Shown here: piece after piece, positions 8,655-18,712 of the stretch
Numbering within the stretch: position 1 is the first letter of the stretch
Layout of the letters: each line of letters starts with the position of its first letter
Source of the DNA: Thermotogota bacterium
GTDB taxonomy: Bacteria; Bipolaricaulota; Bipolaricaulia; UBA7950; UBA9294
Length of the DNA stretch: 47,786 nucleotides
Assembly: GCA_039679545.1 (NCBI GenBank)
Contig: JBDKUT010000015.1
Span: 1 to 47,786 of the forward strand
Reading direction: 5' to 3'
Notes under the pieces: model-generated
The model's database searches: none
Told to the model about the DNA's origin: nothing
Seen by the model: only the letters and a program-made list of their open reading frames with translations
Made by a program: the position numbers and the translations under genes

Positions 8655-9857
8655 ATGACGGCCGCTTGGGCTGTCGCAGGAACGTGTTTGGCTTTGTGGG
8701 TCGGGCTCTTCTTCTTCCGCGGAGGATTCTGGCGGGTCGCTCCGAGGCTCGACGCCGCTCCGCGAGGATGCGTGCAGACAGGCTCACGCACGCCGTCCGT
8801 GGCCGCTGTGATCCCCGCTCGGAATGAGGCCGACATCCTTCCCGAGACCTTGCCGACCGTCGTCGCCCAAGAATACGAGGGGGCATTCCACGTGACCCTG
8901 GTCGACGATCAGAGCACCGACGCAACGGCCGCCGTCGCGCAGGAAATCGCCAAGGTCGTCGGACAATCCGATCGACTGACCACCCTTCGTGGCGAGCCGC
9001 TGCCCCCCGGGTGGACAGGCAAGGTCTGGGCGCTCGCGCAAGGAAGTCGACAGGGAGAGCCGAGCAACTCCGACTACCTCTGGTTCACGGACGCCGACAT
9101 CGCCCACGACGCCGGAGTCCTTCGCGCGCTGGTCGACAAGGCGGAGTCGGAGGAGCTTGATCTCGTTTCCGTGATGGCTTGTTTGCGCGTGGACTCCCGC
9201 TGGGATCGGCTCCTGATCCCCGCTTTCGTCTACTTCTTTGCGAAGCTCTACCCGTTCCAGTTCGTGAGAGACCCACGACGCCGGACCGCTGGAGCCGCCG
9301 GCGGGTGTGTGCTCGTCCGGCGTCAGGTCCTCGAGGAGGCGGGTGGCGTCGAAGCGTTTCGATCCGCACTCATCGACGACTGCGCCCTCGGCCGCCTCAT
9401 CAAGCGACACGGAGGACGAATCTGGCTCGGGTACACCAGCAGTGTGCGCAGCGTTCGGACGTACGGAAGCCTTCGCAGCACCTGGGACATGGTGGCCCGG
9501 TCGGCGTACGACCAGCTTCAGTATTCGCCGCTCATTCTCGTTGGAACCGTCCTCGGGATGATCCTTCTGTACGCCGTGGCGCCGCTCGCCACGTTGGGAG
9601 GCCTTGTTGCCGCCGCGCTCGGCGTGCCCGGAGCCGTGTGGCTTGCGCTCATCGGCGGGATAGCGTGGAGCTTGATGACCGCAAGCTTCCTCCCGATTCT
9701 CGACCACCACGGTGCCGGTCGCTGGCCTGCGATTTTCCTCCCCGTCGCCGGTTCTCTCTACACGGCGATGGTGCTGTCTTCTGCGTGGCGACACCGTACC
9801 GGCTGCAGCGGGTCGTGGAAAGGTCGAACACGCGGGGGAGGCGATTCCGCCGCCTAG
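8655..9857 (+). CDS. hpnB: GT2 glycosyltransferase, hopene-associated HpnB-like
   Basis: RGGFW N-terminus, VIPARNEA, VDDQSTD, PPGWTGKVWA, FTDADI, AAGGCVL, ALIDDCAL, WDMVARSAYDQL, WKGR. Confidence 0.8.
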   Translation: MTAAWAVAGTCLALWVGLFFFRGGFWRVAPRLDAAPRGCVQTGSRTPSVAAVIPARNEADILPETLPTVVAQEYEGAFHVTLVDDQSTDATAAVAQEIAKVVGQSDRLTTLRGEPLPPGWTGKVWALAQGSRQGEPSNSDYLWFTDADIAHDAGVLRALVDKAESEELDLVSVMACLRVDSRWDRLLIPAFVYFFAKLYPFQFVRDPRRRTAGAAGGCVLVRRQVLEEAGGVEAFRSALIDDCALGRLIKRHGGRIWLGYTSSVRSVRTYGSLRSTWDMVARSAYDQLQYSPLILVGTVLGMILLYAVAPLATLGGLVAAALGVPGAVWLALIGGIAWSLMTASFLPILDHHGAGRWPAIFLPVAGSLYTAMVLSSAWRHRTGCSGSWKGRTRGGGDSAA

Positions 9858-10167
9858 CGTCGAAGCCTCCGCTTCCCCCTCACGCCCCCGGGTGGATTTT
9901 GTGGGGAACTGAACGCGGGCCGTACCGGCCAGCCGCTGCCCTTGATTTCGGAACGATCATTTCTGGGGCGCCTGCTTCTCTCCCTTTCACCGGGTACGCC
10001 TCGGCTCGCGCGCCGCGCGGCCTGCCTTGTTGATTTCCATGGTCCTCACCGCGTTTCTCTGCGTCACGGGAGAGATGACGGAGCCAACCTGTCAGGCAGA
10101 TTGGCAGCCTGGCCGAAGCTGCTTATTCGCAGTTCGAAATAGGGTTTCTGGCCACCGGATGCCTCGG

Positions 10168-10204
10168 TGTGACGTTTGTCACTGAGCGCGATCGACTGTA
10201 GAAT
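10168..10204 (+). promoter_or_regulatory. Promoter of the nucleoside ABC operon with an overlapping TGTGA-N6-TCACT operator
   Basis: TTGTCA (10176-10181) -17- TAGAAT (10199-10204); TGTGAcgtttgTCACT at 10168-10183. Confidence 0.6.
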
Positions 10205-10266
10205 GGCTCTCGAACGTGCGGGCACCGGAGTTCCCGGTGGAATCAGGAAGATCCAAGGAGGTCGCG

Positions 10267-11436
10267 TTGAAAAGGCTGCTCGCAGTAACCCTCATGCTGA
10301 TCGTGGGCGTGTCCCTGCTCGGCATGGCGGCAGGGAAAGTGGCCGTCGTCCTTGACGTCGGGGGACGCGGCGACTTGTCGTTCAACGACATGGGCTTCAA
10401 GGGGACGGATCAGGCGGCGAAGGACTTCGGTCTTCAGATGATCGAAGTGCAGTGCGCCACGGGAGCGGACTACCTGCCGAACATCCGCAACGTCGCGCGG
10501 ACCGGCGAGTATGACCTCATCATCTGCGTCGGCTTCCTGCTCGGCGATGCTCTCGCCGCGGCGTCGACGGAGTTCCCGAACCAGAAGTTCGCGATCATCG
10601 ATGTGGACTACATCACCGGACCCAACATCATGAACTTCGTGTTCCGCGAGAACGAGCAGTCGGCGCTGGTTGGCGCACTCGCGGGACTGAGCGCCGCGTA
10701 CCATGGCTACTCGGCGGCCGGCGTGGTTCTCGGCATCGAGATTCCGGTCCTGTGGCACTTTGAGGCCGGATTCCGCTACGGAATGGACTGGGGGCTGAAG
10801 GCATTCGCCAAGCACGAAGGCAAGACTCCGAACGTCAACCTCCTCTACACCTACACCGGAACGTTCAGTGACATCGCGCTCGGTAAGGCCGCTTCGGAGG
10901 CCATGCTGGCGCAGGGCGCCGTCGGCATTTACAACGTCGCTGGCCCGCTCGGCGTGGGTGACCACGAGGCCGTGGCGGAAGCTCACGGAAACCTCGGTAC
11001 GCTGTACGGCCCTCCGTACTTCTACGGCGTGGACGCGAACCAGGACTTCATCGGCAACGGGTTCCACGGCATCGCGAGCGGAATGAAGCGCGTCGACACG
11101 GCCTGCTACATGGCCGTCGAGGCCGTCGTGAAGGGCCAGTTCAAGGCCGGCGTCACCAGCCTGGGGCTGAAGGAAGGCGGCGTCGCGATCAGCAAGATCG
11201 GCGACTTGGCTGACTTCATTCAGTTCGGTATCGACGGCGGGTCCGTGAACCCCGACGACTTCTACAACATCATCGCGAACTGGGCGCAGGATCGCGCGAC
11301 GATCCCCGCCTGGATCTGGAATGCTGTCGACCAGCTGGAGAAGGGGATCCTCGACGGATCGATCGTCGTTCCAACGGCGAGCACCGGCGACCAGATCGCC
11401 GCGGTCCGAGCTCAGTACACGCTGGGTGCACCCTAG
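10267..11436 (+). CDS. BMP/PnrA-family ABC substrate-binding protein (nucleoside/purine)
   Basis: GGRGDLSFND, ICVGFLL, FRENEQSALVG, FEAGF, GVDANQ, SGMKRVD, GLKEGGV; SD AAGGAGG before TTG 10267. Confidence 0.92.
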   Translation: MKRLLAVTLMLIVGVSLLGMAAGKVAVVLDVGGRGDLSFNDMGFKGTDQAAKDFGLQMIEVQCATGADYLPNIRNVARTGEYDLIICVGFLLGDALAAASTEFPNQKFAIIDVDYITGPNIMNFVFRENEQSALVGALAGLSAAYHGYSAAGVVLGIEIPVLWHFEAGFRYGMDWGLKAFAKHEGKTPNVNLLYTYTGTFSDIALGKAASEAMLAQGAVGIYNVAGPLGVGDHEAVAEAHGNLGTLYGPPYFYGVDANQDFIGNGFHGIASGMKRVDTACYMAVEAVVKGQFKAGVTSLGLKEGGVAISKIGDLADFIQFGIDGGSVNPDDFYNIIANWAQDRATIPAWIWNAVDQLEKGILDGSIVVPTASTGDQIAAVRAQYTLGAP

Positions 11437-11462
11437 GGCGTGAACCGTACTTGAAACATCTC

Positions 11463-11496
11463 GGGGAGAGAGGAACTCCGTTCCTCTCTCCCCTTT
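11463..11496 (+). terminator. Perfect stem-loop after the binding-protein gene
   Basis: GGGGAGAGAGGAAC-tcc-GTTCCTCTCTCCCC-ttt. Confidence 0.7.
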
Positions 11497-11515
11497 GTCT
11501 GGAGATGGAGATCCC

Positions 11516-13126
11516 ATGAACGAGAACGCTGGTCCCGAAGCCCGACGGGGCGCGGACGGCTACCTCCTCCGCGCCGAAGGGATCACCAAGATCTACTCCG
11601 ACGGAACCGTTGCCCTGAAGAAGGCGACGCTGGAGATCCATTCCCACGAGATTATCGGGCTTCTCGGAGAGAACGGGGCCGGAAAGACGACCTTGACCAA
11701 GATCCTGTCGGGCCTGCTGCCGCCGACTCACGGCCGGGTGGTGTCCCCGAGGGGGCCGGTCCGGTTCGCCAACCCCCGCGAGGCGCTCGACTTCGGCATC
11801 GGGATGGTCCACCAGCACTTCGCCCTCGTCGGGACGTTCACCACGACGGAGAACGTAGCTCTCAGCCACGAAAAGCCGTTCTCCCTCATCCGCTTGGCGA
11901 AGACCCGCGAGCGTCTCGAGGCGTTGATGGAGGAAAGCGGCCTTCGCGTTCCGCTTGATGTCCCCGTCGAGAAGCTGGCCGTCGGAGAACAGCAGCGCGT
12001 CGAGATCCTGAAAGTGCTGTCGCGCGATGTGCGGCTCCTCATCCTCGACGAACCGACCTCCGTGCTCACACCGCTCGAAGTGGACGAGTTGTTCGCCCTG
12101 CTCCGCAAGCTGAAAGAGAAGGGCACGTCGGTCATCCTCATCACGCACAAGCTGAAAGAGGTCCAGTCGATCACCGACCGAATTGTCGTTCTGCGCCGCG
12201 GCGAGATGGTCGGCGACGTGCGGACGGCCGAAGCGACCACAGAGCGCCTGGCCCAACTGATGGTGGGGAAGACGCTCGAGGGCGAGCCCACCGCGTTCGA
12301 GCTGAGTGCCGAGCAATTGCCGCGGGCTCTTTCGGCCAGCCGGAAGAAGGAGTTCTCCGGCGAGGGGATCCTCCACGTGGTCGACCTCGTCGCCCGCGGG
12401 AACACCGGCGAGGTTACCGTCAACGGCGTAACGTTTGACGTGCACGGAGGGGAGATCTTCGGAATTGCCGGCGTCGAGGGCAACGGACAAAGCGAGTTGG
12501 TGGAGTGCCTCACGGGCCTGCGGGTCCCGGTGTCGGGCTCCGCGACGATTCGGGGCACGAACATCCTGGGAAAGGACCCGCGGCAGATTTATCGATTGGG
12601 CGTCGCCCACGTGCCGGAGGACCGTTGGCGGCTCGGTCTGGTTCTGCCGTTCACCCTTGCCGAGAACGCCATCCTTGGTGTTCATCGCTGGGAGGAGTTT
12701 CAGGGGCCATTCGGGATCCTCCGCCGAGGAAAAGTCTACCAGCACGTTCGCCAGCTGATGGACCGGTTCGACATCCAGGCAACGGGACCCAACGCGCCAG
12801 CGAAGAGCCTGTCGGGCGGCAACCAGCAGAAGCTGATCGTCGGCCGCGAACTCGCCAAGGACCCGGCGATCGTGGTCGCATCCCAGCCGACTCGAGGCCT
12901 CGACATCGGCGCGGCCAAGTACATCCGGGACCTCTTGATCGAGATGCGCGACAACGGACGGGCGATCTTGCTCGTGTCCGCGGACTTGGACGAGGTGCTC
13001 GCCCTCGCGGACCAGCTGGCCATCATGTACGAGGGACGGTTCATGACCTCGTGCCGTCCCGACACTTTGAATCGCGAGCAGATCGGCATGCTCATGGGCG
13101 GCGTGGCCTGCAAGGAGGTCGCATGA
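11516..13126 (+). CDS. Nucleoside/sugar ABC transporter ATP-binding protein (two ABC domains)
   Basis: GENGAGKTT, LILDEPT, LSGGNQQK, SQPTRGLD. Confidence 0.95.
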   Translation: MNENAGPEARRGADGYLLRAEGITKIYSDGTVALKKATLEIHSHEIIGLLGENGAGKTTLTKILSGLLPPTHGRVVSPRGPVRFANPREALDFGIGMVHQHFALVGTFTTTENVALSHEKPFSLIRLAKTRERLEALMEESGLRVPLDVPVEKLAVGEQQRVEILKVLSRDVRLLILDEPTSVLTPLEVDELFALLRKLKEKGTSVILITHKLKEVQSITDRIVVLRRGEMVGDVRTAEATTERLAQLMVGKTLEGEPTAFELSAEQLPRALSASRKKEFSGEGILHVVDLVARGNTGEVTVNGVTFDVHGGEIFGIAGVEGNGQSELVECLTGLRVPVSGSATIRGTNILGKDPRQIYRLGVAHVPEDRWRLGLVLPFTLAENAILGVHRWEEFQGPFGILRRGKVYQHVRQLMDRFDIQATGPNAPAKSLSGGNQQKLIVGRELAKDPAIVVASQPTRGLDIGAAKYIRDLLIEMRDNGRAILLVSADLDEVLALADQLAIMYEGRFMTSCRPDTLNREQIGMLMGGVACKEVA

Positions 13127-14280
13127 CGGAGAATCCGGCACGGGAATCCCGTTTGCTGCGCGGCGTTCATCGGACGGTCACCGGCCTGCACCCGGCTCTC
13201 GAATCCGTCGTCGCCGCGATCGTCGGACTTCTCATCGGCGCCGTGCTCATGTACATCTGGGGATTCGACCCCTGGAAGGCGTACTGGGCGCTCCTGCGCG
13301 GCGCGTACGGGGGATCCTACGAGTGGGCGAGCTCCCTCGCCCGCGGAACGCCGCTGATCTTGACTGCCCTCACGTTCTCCATCTGCGTTCGCGCCGGGAT
13401 GTTCAACATCGGGGCGGAAGGCCAGATGATGATAGGTGCCATGGCCGCGGTCTGCGTCGCGCTGTTCAAGGCGCCTGTGGGGCTGCACTTGGTCATCGGC
13501 CTCGTCTTCGCCGCCGTGGCCGGCGCGTTGTGGAGCGTCGTCCCCGCGATCCTCAAGGTCTCGCGAGGAGTCTCCGAAGTCATCTCCACGATCATGTTCA
13601 ACTGGATCGGGCGATGGCTCGCCTTGTACCTCGCCATCTACGTGATCGTCGACCCGATGCGGGCCGAGAAGACGCTGACGGTTCCAGTCACAGCGCGATT
13701 CCCCATTCTCGTCCGCGGGACGGACTTGTCCGCCTCCATCTTCCTCGCTGTCGGAGTGGCCCTCGTCATGTACTTCCTCCTCTGGCATACGACGCTGGGG
13801 TACGAGGTACGGGCCGCAGGGCTCAACCCGACGGCCGCTCGGTACGGAGGCATCCGGAGTAAGCGAACGATGATCGTGAGCTTCTTGCTCGGAGGAGTCA
13901 CAGCGGGTCTCGCCGGAGCAACGATCGCCATGGGGTTGCCGCCGAGCTACGCCATCTTCGGAGGAGGCGGGCTCCCGGAGCTGACCAACCTTGGCTTCGA
14001 CGGCATGGCGGTGGCCATGGTGGGACGCAACCACCCGATCGGCATTCTCGTGGCCGGCGTCTTCTTCGGCGGACTCAACGCCGGAGGGCGGGTCATGCAG
14101 TTCTACGGGTCGAATCCTGTTCCGCTCGAGATGATCCGCGTCGTCATGGGTGCCATCGTCTTGGCGATGGCGATCCCCGAGTTGATCCGCTTGTTCCCGG
14201 CCATCAAGAGACAGGGAGACAAGTTGTTCGCCGCCCTGCGGCGGGGACGCGACCCACGATCGAAGGAGGGATCGGCATGA
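13123..14280 (+). CDS. Nucleoside ABC transporter permease 1
   Basis: FNIGAEGQ, GYEVRAAGLNPTAARYGGI, GFDGMAVA; ATGA overlap with the ATPase. Confidence 0.93.
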   Translation: MTENPARESRLLRGVHRTVTGLHPALESVVAAIVGLLIGAVLMYIWGFDPWKAYWALLRGAYGGSYEWASSLARGTPLILTALTFSICVRAGMFNIGAEGQMMIGAMAAVCVALFKAPVGLHLVIGLVFAAVAGALWSVVPAILKVSRGVSEVISTIMFNWIGRWLALYLAIYVIVDPMRAEKTLTVPVTARFPILVRGTDLSASIFLAVGVALVMYFLLWHTTLGYEVRAAGLNPTAARYGGIRSKRTMIVSFLLGGVTAGLAGATIAMGLPPSYAIFGGGGLPELTNLGFDGMAVAMVGRNHPIGILVAGVFFGGLNAGGRVMQFYGSNPVPLEMIRVVMGAIVLAMAIPELIRLFPAIKRQGDKLFAALRRGRDPRSKEGSA

Positions 14281-15170
14281 ACTGGATGGACATCGTCAGT
14301 CTCCTACGCATCGCGCTTCACGCGATGGTGCCGATCACGCTCACGGCGGTCGGCGAGATCGTGGGGGAGACAGCGGGCCTGTTCAACATCGGCCTCGAAG
14401 GGATCCTGTTGATCGGTGCCTTCGCTGGCGCCCTCGGAGCCGAGGTCGGCGGGCCGTGGGTTGGATTCCTCGTCGGCTTGGGGGTCGGCGCGGCCATTGG
14501 TCTCCTCTTCTCGGTCATGGCGACCTACTGGAAGGGTACACAGATGGTGATCGGGATCGGGATCAACCTCTTCGCGATGGGATTCGTCGCCTTCGGCTTG
14601 ATCCAACTCGGGGCGCCCGGCTTCCACGCCGTGGCCCCCGCAGCGCAACTCACCAAATGGAGGACCCCGATGGGCGCGATGAGCCCGGTCATCCTTCTGG
14701 CCCTGGTTGCGCCGTTCGTCATCCACTGGTTCATCAAGCGGACGAGAGCGGGACTGATGCTCAAGGCGGCGGGGGAGACACCCGAGGCCGCTGACGTGGC
14801 CGGCATCAACGTCAACCGAACGCGGCTCCTTGCCTCAACGTTCGGCGGCGCCCTGGCGGGAATCGCAGGCGCCTACATGAGCGTCGCCTGGATCGGATCC
14901 GTGACGAAAGAGATCTCGGCGGGCCGCGGCTTCATCGCCCTGGCCACCGTCGTCTTCAGCGGCCTGAACCCGCTCCTCGCTCTTCTCGGAGGGTTCATCT
15001 TCGGGTTCTTCCAAGGGCTGGCCGAATGGGTGAAGACGCTGCCGTCGAAGCCGATCCCGTTCCAGTTCGTGTCCATGCTTCCGTACATCGTCACGTTGCT
15101 TGTCGTCTCGGGAGCGATCGGCCGGGTCCGATTCCCGAAGGCCCTAGGAGAGCCGTACAAACGGGAATAG
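14277..15170 (+). CDS. Nucleoside ABC transporter permease 2
   Basis: NIGLEG, AAGETPEAADVAGINV, AGRGFIALA, LPYIVTL, PKALGEPY. Confidence 0.93.
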   Translation: MNWMDIVSLLRIALHAMVPITLTAVGEIVGETAGLFNIGLEGILLIGAFAGALGAEVGGPWVGFLVGLGVGAAIGLLFSVMATYWKGTQMVIGIGINLFAMGFVAFGLIQLGAPGFHAVAPAAQLTKWRTPMGAMSPVILLALVAPFVIHWFIKRTRAGLMLKAAGETPEAADVAGINVNRTRLLASTFGGALAGIAGAYMSVAWIGSVTKEISAGRGFIALATVVFSGLNPLLALLGGFIFGFFQGLAEWVKTLPSKPIPFQFVSMLPYIVTLLVVSGAIGRVRFPKALGEPYKRE

Positions 15171-15180
15171 CGGAGCTTCT

Positions 15181-15209
15181 TTGACTCCATCCCTGTTGGA
15201 ATCTATGAT
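15181..15209 (+). promoter_or_regulatory. sigma70-type promoter of the phn-like operon
   Basis: TTGACT -17 nt- TATGAT. Confidence 0.65.
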
Positions 15210-15292
15210 CGAGGAAAGACTGACATCGGGACCGTTGCGGAGGTGGCTCCGCGGCGTAACCCGGAGGCTTGCGGCATCGCAGGAGGTGCACC

Positions 15293-16294
15293 ATGCGTAG
15301 GCTGTTGGTTCTGGGGTTGGTCGCCGTGTTGGCGATCAGCGTCGTCGGCTTCGCACAGGTCGGGACGAAGGACAAGCCGATCTACATGCTGCTTCCGCCC
15401 TCGACTGACACAACGGTGATCGGACCATCCGGGGACAAGATCGCTGAGTACCTCTTCCAGGAGACGGGCCTCTACGTGGTCCCGGTCGTCGCCGCAGACT
15501 ACGCCGCGCTCGCCGAGGCCTTCCGAACGGCGGACGGCGACGTTTTCGGCATCCCAACGAGCTCTCAGTACTGCCAGATCTACAACGAGACGAACGGCGG
15601 GATCATCCCCACCATGGGTGCCGTCCGAAACGGCTACGTCTACTACTTTGCGAGCATCTATGCCCTGCGCTCGAAGGGGTATAAGTCGCTCGCGGATCTG
15701 AACGGCAAGACCTGGATCTACAATGACGTAGGGTCAGGTTCCGGGTACAAGTATCCGAAGGTGTACATGCAACAGAACGGCGTTCAGTGGGGGAACGTCG
15801 TGGAGACCGGCGGGCACGTGAACTCGATGGTCGCCCTTCTGCAAGGCCAGGGCGACTTCTGCACCGGCTACGGCTCGCCTCCGCTCTCTCCCCAGTGCCT
15901 GAAGGATCAGGGCATCCGCTGGGAGTGGGGCGACGATCCGGAGCTCATGGTCTGGGACTACTTCCACGGTGCCCTCGTTCGTGACGGGCTCCGCTGGGCT
16001 TGCGAGGACTTGCGCTTCGCCGTCCTAAAGGACTACCCCGACGTCTTCACGACCGTCGGCGTCGTGGCCGTTGTCGGCCCGATTCCGAACGACTGCCTCG
16101 CGTTCGTTGCGAACTTCCCACCTGATCTGGTCACCAAGATCACCGATGCCCTCGTCAAGCAGATCGGAACTCCCGAGGGCTTCGCGATCTGGAGCAACAA
16201 GAAGTTCTACCAGTGGTCGGGCATGGCTCCGGTCAAGGACCGCGACTTCGACTTGATGCGCGCCGTTCTTGGCCTGCCCGTTCCGCAGCGCTAG
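15293..16294 (+). CDS. phnD: Phosphate/phosphite/phosphonate ABC substrate-binding protein
   Basis: DYAALAEAF, SLADLNGK, SGSGYKYP, GGHVNSM, IPND; SD AGGAGG before ATG 15293. Confidence 0.85.
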   Translation: MRRLLVLGLVAVLAISVVGFAQVGTKDKPIYMLLPPSTDTTVIGPSGDKIAEYLFQETGLYVVPVVAADYAALAEAFRTADGDVFGIPTSSQYCQIYNETNGGIIPTMGAVRNGYVYYFASIYALRSKGYKSLADLNGKTWIYNDVGSGSGYKYPKVYMQQNGVQWGNVVETGGHVNSMVALLQGQGDFCTGYGSPPLSPQCLKDQGIRWEWGDDPELMVWDYFHGALVRDGLRWACEDLRFAVLKDYPDVFTTVGVVAVVGPIPNDCLAFVANFPPDLVTKITDALVKQIGTPEGFAIWSNKKFYQWSGMAPVKDRDFDLMRAVLGLPVPQR

Positions 16295-16319
16295 GCTGCC
16301 TTCGAGTAAGCAGGAAAAC

Positions 16320-16354
16320 GAGAGGAGAGAGGAGCGATTCTCCTCTCTCCTCTC
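16320..16354 (+). terminator. Perfect 15-bp stem-loop after phnD (stabiliser/attenuator)
   Basis: GAGAGGAGAGAGGAG-cgatt-CTCCTCTCTCCTCTC; no U-tract. Confidence 0.6.
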
Positions 16355-16372
16355 AAGCATAGGGACGGGCGC

Positions 16373-17146
16373 ATGGCTGAAGCGCAACTCGTCATCGAAC
16401 ATATTTCGAAGGTCTACGAGCGCGGAGACGTCCACGCGCTGCGCGACGTCTCACTCACCGTGAATCGGGGCGACTTCCTCGTTCTCATCGGTCTCTCCGG
16501 CTCCGGGAAGTCGACCCTCCTTCGCTGCATCAACCGATTGATCGAACCCACGTCAGGCAAAATCCTGCTCGACGGCGTGGACATCACCCAAGCCAAGGGC
16601 GCTGAGCTCCGCAAGGTTCGGCGCAGGATCGGCATGGTGTTTCAGCACTTCAACCTCGTGAAGCGATCCTCGGTACTGACGAACGTCCTCGCCGGACGCC
16701 TGGGGTACGCGCCTCCCGGCCCCACGCTGATTGGTCGCTTCCCGCGCGAGGATGTCGAGCGTGCGCACCACAGCCTGGAGACGGTCGGATTGCTCGAGAA
16801 GATGTACACGAGAGCCGATCAGCTCTCGGGAGGCCAGCAGCAACGAGTCGGCATTGCGCGCGCGCTGATGCAGGAGCCAGAGTTGATCCTCGCCGACGAG
16901 CCGGTGTCGGCCCTCGACCCGGCGACGGCGAACTCCATCCTTCAGTACCTCGAACAGATGAACCGTGAGCATGGGGCGACGGTAATCTGCGCCCTGCACT
17001 TCCTGTCGCTCGCTCGTCGGTACGGTACACGGATCATCGCGCTCAAGGACGGCGCCGTCGTGTTCGAAGGACTTCCCAAGGAGATCGACAACGTCCGATT
17101 CAAGGAGATCTACGGCGAGGATGCCGAAGAGGTGGAGGTCCGCTAG
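16373..17146 (+). CDS. phnC: Phosphonate ABC transporter ATP-binding protein
   Basis: [46 protein letters not shown]. Confidence 0.93.
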   Translation: MAEAQLVIEHISKVYERGDVHALRDVSLTVNRGDFLVLIGLSGSGKSTLLRCINRLIEPTSGKILLDGVDITQAKGAELRKVRRRIGMVFQHFNLVKRSSVLTNVLAGRLGYAPPGPTLIGRFPREDVERAHHSLETVGLLEKMYTRADQLSGGQQQRVGIARALMQEPELILADEPVSALDPATANSILQYLEQMNREHGATVICALHFLSLARRYGTRIIALKDGAVVFEGLPKEIDNVRFKEIYGEDAEEVEVR

Positions 17147-18712
17147 GTGTCCCCCCGCGTCCGCACGTCCGCACGACTCCTGAGCACCCGGTGGGGTGCC
17201 TTGGCGAAGCGCGCGGCCCGGTCTGTTCGGGTCGGCATGAAGCGCGTTGCGAATGTCTGGAACGGAATGCGCTTCCGCGTGCCCAAGGATCGCATGGCCC
17301 CGCTTGCGGCGGACTGGGGCCTCCTGATTCTCCTCTCCTATTGCATTTACTTCCTCATCAACTACTGGTATCGCGCGCTCAACCCCGTCTCAGCAGTGTA
17401 CCGGGTACCGTTCCCGAACCACGCCTACGCGATAACAGCCGTCGCGACGCTCCTCCTCGCCATCCTGTGGGAGAACCTCGGGACCTCGATTGGCTGGAAG
17501 ACCGTCGGCCTTGCCCGCGCCGACGCCGCGAACCGACCGCTTCGTTTCCTGCCGCGGGTAGCTCACTTCTTTGTCGACCTCGTAGCGTGGTTGCTCACGG
17601 CCCTTGGGGCCGCGCTGGCCCTTGCTCCGTTTACGGGGCTCGCGACCCTCTTCTATGGGATCGCTTCGGGCTCGGGGCTCATGCTGATTCCGACCGTCGT
17701 CCTTCGCCCGCTCGGCCCTTGGTACACGACCCTCGGATGGGTCGTCGTCTGGATTCTCGCGCTGATCGTTGCAGGAACGGTGTTGTGGTGGGGAGCGCGT
17801 GCTCTGTGGAGCTGGCTGTGGCCGGGACGCCGAGCGGAACAGCCCTGGGCAGACCGTGTGGTAGGCTCTCGGGTCTGCAAGGCAACCGATCTTGAGCACA
17901 CCGGCCGACCGTGTCCGTGGTGGCGAACGAGTTGGGGCCTCATGTCGCTTCTTCTCGTCTGCGTTACCGTCTACGTAGGCTGGCTGACGGCGCAGGTCAA
18001 CCTCACGACGTTGATCCACAGGGCGTCCTCGACGGGCGATTACTGGCAGAAACTCGTCACGCCGGACTTCAAGTACTTCCTCAGTCCCGAACCTGACCTG
18101 CACGACACGATGCTGAACGGCATCATCCAGACCATCTTTATGGCCCTCTTGGCAACGCTTCTCGGTTTCGTGCTCGCCCTTCCCCTTTCCTTTCTCGGCG
18201 CCAGGAATATGGTGACCAAGAACCGGCTTGGATGGGGGATCTACACCGTTACGCGAGCTTTCTTCAATATCGGCCGCTCAATCGAGCCGTTCGTCATGGC
18301 CGTGCTGTTCGCTACGACGCTCGGGTACGGCCCCTTCGCCGGATGTCTCGCCCTGTTGGTGCATACCATCGCCGCTCTCGGGAAGCTCTACTCGGAGCAG
18401 ATCGAGGCCATCGATCCCGGCCCCGTGGAAGCGATCACGGCGTGCGGTGGCGGGCGCACACAGGTTCTTCGCTACGGAGTCGTCCCCCAGGTCGTCCCGC
18501 CGTTTCTGGCGTTCACTCTCTACCGCTGGGACATCAACATCCGCATGGCGACGGTCATCGGAATGGTGGGGGGGGGCGGCATCGGCCGCTTCTTCAACTA
18601 CTTCAAGAACGAACTTCGCTGGCATGAGGTCGGAGCCGTCATCGTCATCATCGCCGTCGTCGTTTGGGTGATGGACTACATCAGCGGCCGGGTGCGGGAG
18701 AGGATCACGTGA
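17147..18712 (+). CDS. phnE: Phosphonate ABC permease with an N-terminal RDD-like membrane extension
   Basis: C-half GKLYSEQIEAIDPGPVEAI..YRWDINIRMATVIGMVGGGGIG; N-half GTSIGWKTVGL..WADRVVGSRV. Start uncertain. Confidence 0.88.
   Translation: MSPRVRTSARLLSTRWGALAKRAARSVRVGMKRVANVWNGMRFRVPKDRMAPLAADWGLLILLSYCIYFLINYWYRALNPVSAVYRVPFPNHAYAITAVATLLLAILWENLGTSIGWKTVGLARADAANRPLRFLPRVAHFFVDLVAWLLTALGAALALAPFTGLATLFYGIASGSGLMLIPTVVLRPLGPWYTTLGWVVVWILALIVAGTVLWWGARALWSWLWPGRRAEQPWADRVVGSRVCKATDLEHTGRPCPWWRTSWGLMSLLLVCVTVYVGWLTAQVNLTTLIHRASSTGDYWQKLVTPDFKYFLSPEPDLHDTMLNGIIQTIFMALLATLLGFVLALPLSFLGARNMVTKNRLGWGIYTVTRAFFNIGRSIEPFVMAVLFATTLGYGPFAGCLALLVHTIAALGKLYSEQIEAIDPGPVEAITACGGGRTQVLRYGVVPQVVPPFLAFTLYRWDINIRMATVIGMVGGGGIGRFFNYFKNELRWHEVGAVIVIIAVVVWVMDYISGRVRERIT

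Noticed and set aside
9860..10160. Purine riboswitch or ncRNA upstream of the nucleoside transporter; a 17-aa minus-strand ORF near 10040
   Set aside because: No recognisable aptamer consensus, and the region lies upstream of the predicted promoter. The short ORF has only an SD as support.
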